The translations under genes and the position numbers were made by a program. From an uncultured Acidimicrobiaceae bacterium (GTDB lineage Bacteria; Actinomycetota; Acidimicrobiia; Spongiisociales; UBA5794), in assembly GCA_964579415.1 (NCBI GenBank), contig CAZOGW010000003.1, positions 7,759 to 71,758 of the forward strand: a stretch of 64,000 nt of DNA, read 5' to 3'. Position 1 is the first letter of the stretch; each line of letters opens with the position of its first letter. The notes below the pieces were generated by a model that saw nothing but the letters and a program-made list of their open reading frames with translations, was not told the origin of the DNA and did not search any database. Shown here piece after piece: positions 9,680 to 17,803 of this stretch.

Positions 9680-10796
9680 CGACAATCCCGGGCTGTTCGA
9701 CCTGACCGGATCCGAGCAGGCGCACGGCCGGTTCGAGCCGGCGCGGCTCACCCAGGCCCGTGCCCGCCGCGGGTTGAGCAAAACGGACCTGGCCGCTGAG
9801 GTCGGAGTCTCGGCCTCGGCGGTGGGGCAGTACGAGGCAGGAGTGAACTCGCCTCGGCCCGACGTGGTGAACCGCTTGGCGCGCGCACTTACGGTGCGCG
9901 CGGAGTTCTTCAACGTCGGACGCCCGCTGGCGCGCGTCGACACCGTCCACGCGCATTTCCGCAGCCTGCGTTCGGCACGCGTCAGCGACCGCCAGAAGGC
10001 TCTGGCAACAGCGACCTTGGTCTGGGAACTGACGTTCGCCCTCGAGCGCTACGTCAGGCTGCCAGATGTCGACCTGCCCGTCCTCCCCGCCGGCACGCCG
10101 CCGCCGGTGGCCGCAGCTGCACTCCGCGAGCACTGGGCCTTGCCGGACGGTCCGGTCAAGCACCTGGTCGCCACTGCGGAGGCTCACGGCGTAGTCGTCG
10201 CGGTGCGTCCTCTTCGCGAGATCGACGCCGTGGACGCCTTCTCGGTTGTTATCGTCGAGCGGCCGATCATCATCACGACGCCTCGCCGAAGCGAGAACGT
10301 GTTCCGGCACCGCTTCTCGATCGCGCACGAGATCGGGCATCTCCTCCTGCATCGCGACACAGAGGAGTACAGCGCCGTGATCGAGAAGGAGGCCGACGAG
10401 TTCGCTGCCGCCTTCCTGACGCCGGCGGCCCCCATGGACGCGGCGTTGCCACAGCGGCTCGACCTTTCGGCACTGGACCGGCTCGGCAGGACATGGGGCG
10501 TGTCGCCGCATTCGCTCGTGCGTCGAATGGTCGAGCGCGGTCGTACTACGGAGTCGTCGGCGCGACGGGCTTACCAGCGCCTGGCCGCCGCTGACGATCC
10601 GCTGTCTGACCCGACCAGCGCGTACCCGGGGGAGATGCCATCGCTGCTGAAGAAGGCCGCGGAGTTGGCAGGTGAGCATGGCGCGGGAGTGCCCGCTCTC
10701 GCCCAGGCGCTGAAGCTCAGCGCCGCGCAGGTGAGTGATCTGCTCGGCGACGCAGACCACCGCCCGATTCTGCACCTCGTCGGCAGCGAGGACTGA
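9672..10796 (+). CDS. HTH_XRE DNA-binding domain fused to ImmA/IrrE-family zinc metallopeptidase (COG2856/DUF955)
   Basis: N-terminal RLTQARARRGLSKTDLAAEVGVSASAVGQYEAGVNSPRPDVVNRLARAL is an XRE-type HTH. Central FSIAHEIGHLLLH plus downstream EADEFAAAFLTP is the HEXXH...E signature of ImmA/IrrE. Confidence 0.8.
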   Translation: MRDDNPGLFDLTGSEQAHGRFEPARLTQARARRGLSKTDLAAEVGVSASAVGQYEAGVNSPRPDVVNRLARALTVRAEFFNVGRPLARVDTVHAHFRSLRSARVSDRQKALATATLVWELTFALERYVRLPDVDLPVLPAGTPPPVAAAALREHWALPDGPVKHLVATAEAHGVVVAVRPLREIDAVDAFSVVIVERPIIITTPRRSENVFRHRFSIAHEIGHLLLHRDTEEYSAVIEKEADEFAAAFLTPAAPMDAALPQRLDLSALDRLGRTWGVSPHSLVRRMVERGRTTESSARRAYQRLAAADDPLSDPTSAYPGEMPSLLKKAAELAGEHGAGVPALAQALKLSAAQVSDLLGDADHRPILHLVGSED

Positions 10797-10801
10797 CCGC
10801 T

Positions 10802-13543
10802 GTGGCGTCGGTGCAGAAGCAGGTGCAGAGCGCCGACGGCGTGATCTGCCAGAGCATCGCCAGTCTGGATGGCCACCGTGGCTTCGTCTCCCAGACCGTC
10901 CTCGCGCAGCTCCGAAACCTGGTCGAGGGCCTCATCGTCTGGGCGTGCCTCGAAGATCCGGCAGCCGAGTTCCACTACGACCAGGTGGGGTCGGCGCTGG
11001 TCGAGGTCAAGGCGAAGGCGAAGTTCCGCCTGCTCGGCAGGTTCCACAACCTGCTCCAGGCCAGCACCTCGCACTACACGCTGGACGGGGATCCGTCCGA
11101 GCGCCTGATGCTCAAGTACTACGAGTACCTGCTACGCACGCGCGATCTCGCGCTGAAGCAGTTCGGCATCGCGATCCTTCGCAACCTTGAGCTGTTCCCA
11201 GTGGATCTCGACCCGTCCCTGCGCGAGTACCACGAGAAGATCGCGGAGCGCATCGAGGCAGTCCGGGGGACGCCGACGGAGCCTCGCCGCGAGCGCTACT
11301 ACGTCCACAGCTCGCGACCGCTCTTCGTCGGTGGCCGGATCTACTACGAAGTCACGCTTTCGCTCGCCCACGACTGGAGGAGCAAGTTCGACCGCACGAT
11401 CGCGTTCACCGACGTCGATATGTCCGACAAGTACGCGGCGTACCTGTACCTGTCAAGCGAATCGATCACCGTGCTCGGCCAGACCATGCCAATCCTGATC
11501 ATCCGTGCCTGGGAGGTCTCGATCCGCCCGTGCGAGCTCAAGAACTTCGCCCGCATCTTCGGCCAGGAGTCGCGAATCCAGTCGAGCCACACCGAATACC
11601 GCAACCTGATGCGGTATTTGACGACGACCCGCTCCAGCCTCCTTGATCTCGTCGATATGGCCGACGCGAGCTACAACCAGATCCGCGCGTGGGCTCTCCG
11701 TGACTCGCGCGGATCGGCGGCGTTCTTCCCCGCGCTCGACCAGGCCCGGGAGATCATCCGCGCGAACCGCCCAGGCTCGCGCGTGCTGCGGTACCTGATG
11801 CTTCAGATGCGCAACCAGGTCATCAAGGCTCAATCCGACGCGACACCCTGCAGCTGGCTGTCAAATCTGCGGCTGTCATGGAGCTGTCGGCCGTTCGACA
11901 CTATGCCCTTCTGCACCTCACCGCGTGGACACAACCCACGCTTCGCTGACCTCGCGGACAGCCTGGATGCAACCGGCCGTGAGCACGAACTGCTGGCACG
12001 CCGAGTGAGGACCAACGTCGAGCAGCACGGCGCGATCTACACCCCGGCCGGGGAGCTTGAAGATCTCGGCGACGTGGACCAGCTGATCGCCAAGCACAAC
12101 CGCCTCCTGCCGCCGACCGACCGGCACGCCCCTCGGAAGCTCAAGCACGAGAACGGGCACGTGTTCATCGTCGGCTACGAAGACGACACTGTCGCGATCA
12201 TCGAGAAGCTGCAGGAGGCCGCCGGCGAGGGCCTCGACCGGCATGCCGACGACGTGCAGGACTGGTTGGACGCGAACCCGGGCATGATCGACGACCCCTC
12301 GAAGGCCGAGGCTCTGAAGGCCCTCTTCGAGCAGTCGAACGTCGCCCTCGTCGTCGGAGCAGCCGGCACGGGCAAGTCGACCATGGTGAACCACATCGCC
12401 AACTACTTCTCTCCCAAGAGCAAGCTCTTCCTCGCACACACGAACCCGGCCGTCGACAACCTGAAGCGACGCGTCGACGCGCCCAATACCGACTTCAGCA
12501 CGATCACCAGTCATGTCAAGAAGAGTGAGGACTTCGGCTCCACCTACGACGTGCTGGTCATCGATGAGTGCAGCACCGTCGACAACGCGAGCCTGCTGAA
12601 GGTGCTCAACTGCACCACGTTCGATCTGCTCGTGCTCGTCGGCGATGTCTACCAGATCGAGTCGATCCAGTTCGGCAATTGGTTCAGCCTCGCCCGCTCG
12701 TACATCCCGGAAGGCTCAACGTTCGAGCTCACAAAGCCGTTCCGAACTGACAATGCTGAGCTGCTCACGCTGTGGCACAGAGTGCGCAACCTAGATGATC
12801 GAATCGAGGAATCGCTGTCGAAGAACGGCTACTCGATGGTGCTGGGCGAGGATTTGTTCACGCGCCGGAGCGACGACGAGATCGTTCTCTGTCTGAACTA
12901 CGACGGCCTTTACGGCATCAACAACGTCAACCGCTTCCTGCAGGCGGGCAACCCAAGCCCAGCCGTCGCCTGGGGGGAGTCGCTCTACAAGGTCGGCGAT
13001 CCCGTGCTATTCAACGAGACTGACCGATTCCGGCCCGTCATCTTCAACAACATGAAGGGCACGATCGCCGCCATCGATCGCGCGCCCGGACGGATCACGT
13101 TCGACGTCGACCTCGAACGAGAGGTCACCCCAGGCGAAGTGGCCTGGACAGAACTGCGCTGGATGGCGGGGTCGACAGTCCAGTTCGATGTCTACGAGCG
13201 CGCGAACAGCGACGAGGACGATGACACGCTCAACACCCTCATCCCGTTCCAGACCGCGTACGCGGTGTCGATCCACAAAGCCCAAGGCCTCGAGTACGAC
13301 TCGGTCAAGGTCGTCATCACCGATGCCAACCAGGAGCGGATCTCTCACAACATCTTCTACACGGCGATAACCCGAGCACGCCGGCGGCTCGGGATTTTCT
13401 GGACCCCGGAGACGCAGCAGAGGATCCTCAGCCGGCTCGCCGTACGAGAGAACACGAAGGACGAGAGCCTGCTGAGGGCCCGGCGCGGTGTGACTCCACT
13501 CGCTGGTCGGCAAAGGCGGCAGAAGGGGCGGCCGTCGGTGTAG
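10802..13543 (+). CDS. Large protein: unknown ~520-aa N-terminal region fused to a RecD/TraA-like SF1 helicase (AAA_30/UvrD_C_2-type)
   Basis: GTG start 6 nt after the ImmA-like stop. Walker A VVGAAGTGKSTM, Walker B VLVIDECSTV, C-terminal AVSIHKAQGLEYDSVKVV and YTAITRAR motifs. The N-terminal half has no recognisable motif. Confidence 0.8.
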   Translation: MASVQKQVQSADGVICQSIASLDGHRGFVSQTVLAQLRNLVEGLIVWACLEDPAAEFHYDQVGSALVEVKAKAKFRLLGRFHNLLQASTSHYTLDGDPSERLMLKYYEYLLRTRDLALKQFGIAILRNLELFPVDLDPSLREYHEKIAERIEAVRGTPTEPRRERYYVHSSRPLFVGGRIYYEVTLSLAHDWRSKFDRTIAFTDVDMSDKYAAYLYLSSESITVLGQTMPILIIRAWEVSIRPCELKNFARIFGQESRIQSSHTEYRNLMRYLTTTRSSLLDLVDMADASYNQIRAWALRDSRGSAAFFPALDQAREIIRANRPGSRVLRYLMLQMRNQVIKAQSDATPCSWLSNLRLSWSCRPFDTMPFCTSPRGHNPRFADLADSLDATGREHELLARRVRTNVEQHGAIYTPAGELEDLGDVDQLIAKHNRLLPPTDRHAPRKLKHENGHVFIVGYEDDTVAIIEKLQEAAGEGLDRHADDVQDWLDANPGMIDDPSKAEALKALFEQSNVALVVGAAGTGKSTMVNHIANYFSPKSKLFLAHTNPAVDNLKRRVDAPNTDFSTITSHVKKSEDFGSTYDVLVIDECSTVDNASLLKVLNCTTFDLLVLVGDVYQIESIQFGNWFSLARSYIPEGSTFELTKPFRTDNAELLTLWHRVRNLDDRIEESLSKNGYSMVLGEDLFTRRSDDEIVLCLNYDGLYGINNVNRFLQAGNPSPAVAWGESLYKVGDPVLFNETDRFRPVIFNNMKGTIAAIDRAPGRITFDVDLEREVTPGEVAWTELRWMAGSTVQFDVYERANSDEDDDTLNTLIPFQTAYAVSIHKAQGLEYDSVKVVITDANQERISHNIFYTAITRARRRLGIFWTPETQQRILSRLAVRENTKDESLLRARRGVTPLAGRQRRQKGRPSV

Positions 13544-14262
13544 ACGTCAGGGCAGGCTCCGGCCCCGAGTAACCTTCGCGATGGGTGTGCGATCGACCAC
13601 CCGTTCCCGCTGATCAATGTCGTGATCGACCTGGCCCGGACCGATGCAATGCCCAGGCTGGGACCGTGGACGACCTGCGCGATGGCCCGACCCGCTGATG
13701 CGCGCCCGCCGGTGGGCGCCCTGCCCTGTTCAGGCACCCACTGGGCCGGCATGGGCAGAGCCACTGGTCACAGATTGCCTTGGAGTGGGTGCGGGCCGGC
13801 CGGCCGTCGATCGCAGGTGCTGTGCGATCCGTGGGTGCTGTAGCGGACAGAGAGATCCGTAGCGGCGGCGTAGCGGGTCTGGTGGCCGGTGGCCGCTACA
13901 CCCTTGGGGTCCACGGCTCAAGGGCCGCAACCGGTTCGCCGGGACAGATCGAGCACGACCGGGGCCGCGGGGGCGGTGCCCAGCGCCGCCATTCTGCCCG
14001 TCCTGCAACGGCTCCGAGCGGCCAGCGCGGACGTGTAGCGCGTGTAGCGCCTGGTGGGGGGCAAGGGCGAGGACCCGGGGATACGGGAGCACCCAGGGGC
14101 AGTTGGGGCGATCACCCAGTACGCGCCTCGACTGCTGGCCCGGGTCGCCACCGTGTAGCGCGACAGCTTCACCCGATTCCTGCCCGTGAGCGTCCTTGCC
14201 GGGCCCACCAGTGGCACCCGCGGCGAGGATCGGCCCCCGGCGGGCCTTCGCGGTGGCCCACT

Positions 14263-14501
14263 GGTCACACTTTGGTCACAAACGCCTACGCAATAGGTGC
14301 CACAGAGGGCACCCAATGGAATTTCGTGAGCACGGAACGCACCGTATGGACGCGGTAACACCGATCTCACTTCTCTTGTAAACAGGTGGTTCCCGGTTCG
14401 AGTCCGGGCGTCGGCTCCGTATCGTCGCAGGTCAGAGGCATGTTGCGGCTCGTGAGTGGCCACCGTCTGGGGGTCCTTGGTCACAGATTGGTCACAAACG
14501 C
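14263..14501 (+). repeat. Direct repeats TGGTCACA-N4-GGTCACAAACGC (14263-14286 and 14478-14501) and a related copy CCACTGGTCACAGATTG (13761-13777), plus an 18-bp palindrome GGTGCCACAGAGGGCACC (14296-14313). They sit in a 1.1-kb non-coding spacer that also carries recurring GTAGCG motifs
   Basis: Read directly from the sequence. The repeats flank the tRNA 3'-end remnant. No credible ORF in 13560-14700; the listed ORFs there are low-complexity and rich in R, G and A. Confidence 0.6.
14385..14418 (+). other. tRNA 3'-end remnant (T-arm plus acceptor 3' strand); putative att core of an integrative element
   Basis: cccgg-TTCGAGT-ccggg T-stem/loop (14392-14408), then 7-nt acceptor strand cgtcggc, discriminator t and cc. 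No complementary 5' acceptor strand, D-arm or anticodon arm upstream, so it is not an intact tRNA. Confidence 0.5.
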
Positions 14502-14713
14502 TCTGGGATGGAGCGCCCTCGATGGACCGTTTGAGGTCCTGGGGACAGGCGAAGGTCGGTGCGCGAAGAACGACGCGCACACCTGGTCGGGTCTACTTGA
14601 CCCCGTTCATGATGGGGCGGCACACATCTGCTCCTGGGCCGTCTTGTCGGACCCCGCGGCTAGGCTCGTAGGACCATCCGTGCGTCGCCACAGCTAGGAC
14701 GGGAGTCAAGTCA

Positions 14714-15823
14714 ATGGGGGTCCTCTGGCCTCTCGAGCCTCACACGGAGGCCAAGCACCGTCTCTACAAGAGATACCTGGACGCGTGGTTCCCCATCTTC
14801 CTGCAGCAGGGGTGGGTCGATCGGGTGACCTACGTCGATGCGTTCGCCGGGCCTGGTGAGTATGAGGGCGGCGAGGAGGGCTCGCCGTTGTTCGCGATCG
14901 ACCGCCTGCTCCACCATGAGGCTCGTCAGCGCATGAACCTCACTCGCAATCGCGTCACGATGCTCTTCATCGAGGGTGACCAGGCCCGGCACAAGCACCT
15001 GACCGACCTGCTTCTGGCGCGGTTCGGCCCCCTTGATCGGCTACCTGTCACGGTGATCGTGATGCAGGGCCGCGCCGAGCTGGACACGCTGCCACTCCTG
15101 ACCCAAACCGGGGCGTGGGGCTCCCCAATCCTCGCCATCTTCGACAGCTGGGGGAACGTAGGCGTCCCCTGGGAGCACTTGCAGGCGATCGCTGCTAACC
15201 CATCCAGCGAGGCCATCGTGACGTTCGGCGCGAACTGGTTCAGCCGCCGCGAGCGTGAAGAGCCACGGAAGTTGGATGTCGTGTTCGGCGGCTCCCAGCA
15301 CTGGACCGCCAGCGACAAGGCGCTGCAGCCAAGCGACCGCTGGCGGTTCTGGCTCGAGACATACCGCGCCGCCATGCTCCGAGCTGGGTTCGACTACTGC
15401 CTGCCTTTTCAGGTTGTCCCCCACACGGGCCAGCCCTTGGATCTGGTCTTTGGGACCGGGCACCATCGGGCTGTCGAGGCCTTCAAGGATGCGATGTGGA
15501 ATGTCGATCGCTCGGACGGAATGCGGTTCAGCGATCCCCGAACCACGATCGCCAAGGAGGCCGCCATGGCAGCCGTACAGCCCACCCTCTTTGAAGATCC
15601 CGACTCCCCCGACGCCGAACTGCTCGGCTTCGTGGCAGACAGCCTCCAGGATGGGCCGAAGTCACTGGAGAACGTCCGGGACTTCCTGTTGCGCGAGACC
15701 GCGCGTTGGCTCCCGAAGCATGCAAAGGAAGCAGTGCAGTACCTGATCGACGAGGGCCGCGTTGTGCGGGATCCTGCCACCGGTCGACTCACAAGGACAA
15801 GCGTTCTGCGCTTGGTGGGCTAG
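14714..15823 (+). CDS. tcmP: TcmP (three-Cys-motif partner protein)
   Basis: N-terminal MGVLWPLEPHTEAKHRLYKRYLDAWFPIF matches the TcmP family hallmark. Convergent with, and overlapping by 4 bp, the Gp37/Gp68 partner gene. Confidence 0.75.
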   Translation: MGVLWPLEPHTEAKHRLYKRYLDAWFPIFLQQGWVDRVTYVDAFAGPGEYEGGEEGSPLFAIDRLLHHEARQRMNLTRNRVTMLFIEGDQARHKHLTDLLLARFGPLDRLPVTVIVMQGRAELDTLPLLTQTGAWGSPILAIFDSWGNVGVPWEHLQAIAANPSSEAIVTFGANWFSRREREEPRKLDVVFGGSQHWTASDKALQPSDRWRFWLETYRAAMLRAGFDYCLPFQVVPHTGQPLDLVFGTGHHRAVEAFKDAMWNVDRSDGMRFSDPRTTIAKEAAMAAVQPTLFEDPDSPDAELLGFVADSLQDGPKSLENVRDFLLRETARWLPKHAKEAVQYLIDEGRVVRDPATGRLTRTSVLRLVG

Positions 15824-16563
15824 CTGGCAAGTTCGGGCATCTCGTCCCACGTGCGGCCGTCGAGTTCACGGCCTCCACTCTTGGATCGAATCCCGCCCCA
15901 CTGCTTGAAGAAGAAGGGAGTGCGCGCCGCGACGCACTGATCGCGGATGTCCCGGATCCATTCAGGTTCGACGGGCCGGGCGCTGAACCCGCTCTCGCCA
16001 CCAGCGATGACCCAGTCGACGCCATCGAGGGGGAGTTCCGGGAGCTCGTTCAGCAGCGGCTCACACGAAAGGAAACGCACCGCTGCTGGTACCTTCGCCA
16101 GATCGTGGATCCGGTCGTAGTGGTCGGGCGACTCGACGCTCACACCCATCCACACGTTGCTGGGCCACTCGAGCTTGTCAGCGATCCTGGTCAGCCGGTG
16201 GGCCCGCTTCGTTAGGACTTGGTAAGTGTGGTGGGGAGTGTCGGCCATGACCGCGAACACCTGCTGGATGAAGTCCATCCCGACCCGAGCATGGAACAGG
16301 TCGCTCATCGAGTTCACGAAGACCACCCGTGGTCGTTTCCACGAGTACGGGATGAGGAGCGCATCGGGGTGAGCGGTCACGCCGAAGCCGGGTCCACTGG
16401 TACGCGCGTCGCCGTCGTTCTGGTACTTGGGATTACCCATTGCCTTAAGTCGCTTCGCGAGCGTGAGCGCGTAGCAGTTGTCACATCCTGCGGAGACACG
16501 GTCACACCCGGTCGTTGGGTTCCAGGTGGCCTCCGTCCACTCAATCGCACTCTTGTCGCCCAT
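15820..16563 (-). CDS. Phage Gp37/Gp68 family (PF07505/DUF5131) three-Cys-motif protein; canonical partner of TcmP
   Basis: MGDKSAIEWTEATWNPTTGCDRVSAGCDNCYA carries the family's conserved N-terminal W-N-P-x-x-G-C...C-x-x-C motif. Confidence 0.85.
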   Translation of the reverse strand: MGDKSAIEWTEATWNPTTGCDRVSAGCDNCYALTLAKRLKAMGNPKYQNDGDARTSGPGFGVTAHPDALLIPYSWKRPRVVFVNSMSDLFHARVGMDFIQQVFAVMADTPHHTYQVLTKRAHRLTRIADKLEWPSNVWMGVSVESPDHYDRIHDLAKVPAAVRFLSCEPLLNELPELPLDGVDWVIAGGESGFSARPVEPEWIRDIRDQCVAARTPFFFKQWGGIRSKSGGRELDGRTWDEMPELAS

Positions 16564-17594
16564 GACCTCACCGTAGTTGGTCGAACATGCGTTCGATAGT
16601 GAGCGCCACTCTGTACCTCACTGGTCTTCTTGGCTTCCGCGCAGAGATTCGTGCGATGACAGCGCGCGGTGGGGTGGATCTTCTCTCGGACAAGCCAACA
16701 CGCGTTGGGCCTGGGGCGCGAGCCGCTCATGTACCCCGCGGCTTGACCTCCCAAGCTGCAGCTGGGCAGTGCGTGCACCAACTCGCGACCACCACCCCGC
16801 GGAGTGAGTCTTGAGCTGGCGGCCATCGGTGGCCCTGTCCGGGGCCCTGGCAGGGGCGGCGGCGTTTCATCTGGCCCACTTCTGGTGATGAGGCGGTCAC
16901 AGCACCTCGGCGACTTGTCCAAGTCTCCGGGCATGAGGTGGCTGTAGGTACGGCGCATCGTCTGTTCGTCGTGGCCGTGGTAGGCGGCGATGACCTGGTC
17001 GGAGATGCCCTTGGAGCGCATCAGGGACACGGAGCTGTGACGGGCCTCGTGGAGGGTCAGCTCCCGCACCTTGGCCTTGCGGCACAGCCTCTTCCAGTGC
17101 TCGGAGTAGAGCCGCGGTCTCATCGGCTCCCCGATTTCGGTGATGGCCAGGTAGCCGTCGGCCACGTGCGCCTCGCCGAGGTGCTCGGCGTGCTTCGCGC
17201 GCATCTCCTTGAGCGCCTCCACGTAGCTGGTGGGGATCGAGAGTTGGCGCGCGCTGTTGTGGCTCTTGGGGTCGCCCTCGGTGACGTTCTTGGTGTCGAC
17301 GAGGACGCGGCCGCGGGAGATGGTGACGATCCCATGTTCGAGGTCCACGTCGCTCCAGCGCAGCCCGAGGACCTCGGACCGGCGGAGCCCGGCCAGGCTC
17401 AGCAGCCAGCAGGCGGACAGCCATTCGTCGGCTGCGGCGGACTTGAGTGCGGCGCGCTCCTTGTCGGTGTGCGCAGTCCGCCCGGTGGGGGCCTCGCCGC
17501 GGGGTTTGATCTTGCGCCCGGGGTTGCTGGCCAGGATTGCCCGATCGAGCTCGGCCAGTTTGCCCCTTCGGAGATGGTCCGGAATTCGCTCCAC
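16377..17594 (-). pseudogene. Tyrosine recombinase/phage integrase remnant. The catalytic domain is present (about 16950-17594) but the N-terminal arm/core-binding domain is missing, and the ORF runs on about 190 codons past the catalytic Tyr into low-complexity sequence
   Basis: LSLAGLRRSEVLGLRWSDVDL...HEARHSSVSLMRSKGISDQVIAAYHGHDEQTMRRTYSHL carries the R..H..R..Y catalytic residues. The frame upstream of the GTG at 17594 closes within 17 codons at a TGA (17643-17645). The tail PPPLPGPRTGPP... overlaps the Gp37/Gp68 gene. Confidence 0.6.
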
Positions 17595-17803
17595 TGGTTC
17601 CGCGACTTGATGCTTTCGCCGGGGCCGGCTCCGCGTGGAGCATCAGGCTCAGGCGCCCGCTGCTGGCACTTGCCGACCGAGACGGGCGCATCCTCGACGG
17701 GGTGCTGGCTCCGACGACGTCGGCGGCTGCGGATGTCCTGGACGGGTACACCAGCTGGTGGCGCCGCGGATAGTGACCGCGACATCAGTAGCCAGGTCGA
17801 CCG

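Noticed and set aside
9495-10775. 426-aa minus-strand ORF opposite the ImmA/IrrE gene
   Set aside because: Arg-rich low-complexity translation. The plus strand encodes a clean HTH_XRE + HEIGH peptidase.
14340-14418. Intact tRNA gene
   Set aside because: Only the T-arm and 3' acceptor strand are present. There is no complementary 5' acceptor strand, D-arm or anticodon stem in the preceding 45 nt.
16564-16950. Treating the full 405-aa ORF 16377..17594 as an intact integrase
   Set aside because: The catalytic domain sits at the ORF's N-terminus with only about 50 preceding residues. The arm/core-binding domain is missing, the upstream frame closes after 17 codons, and the C-terminal 190 residues are low-complexity read-through overlapping another gene.
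13544-17800. Prophage
   Set aside because: An integrase fragment and a Gp37/Gp68-family gene are present, but there are no capsid, terminase, portal, tail or lysis genes anywhere in the window. An integrative island remnant is more consistent.
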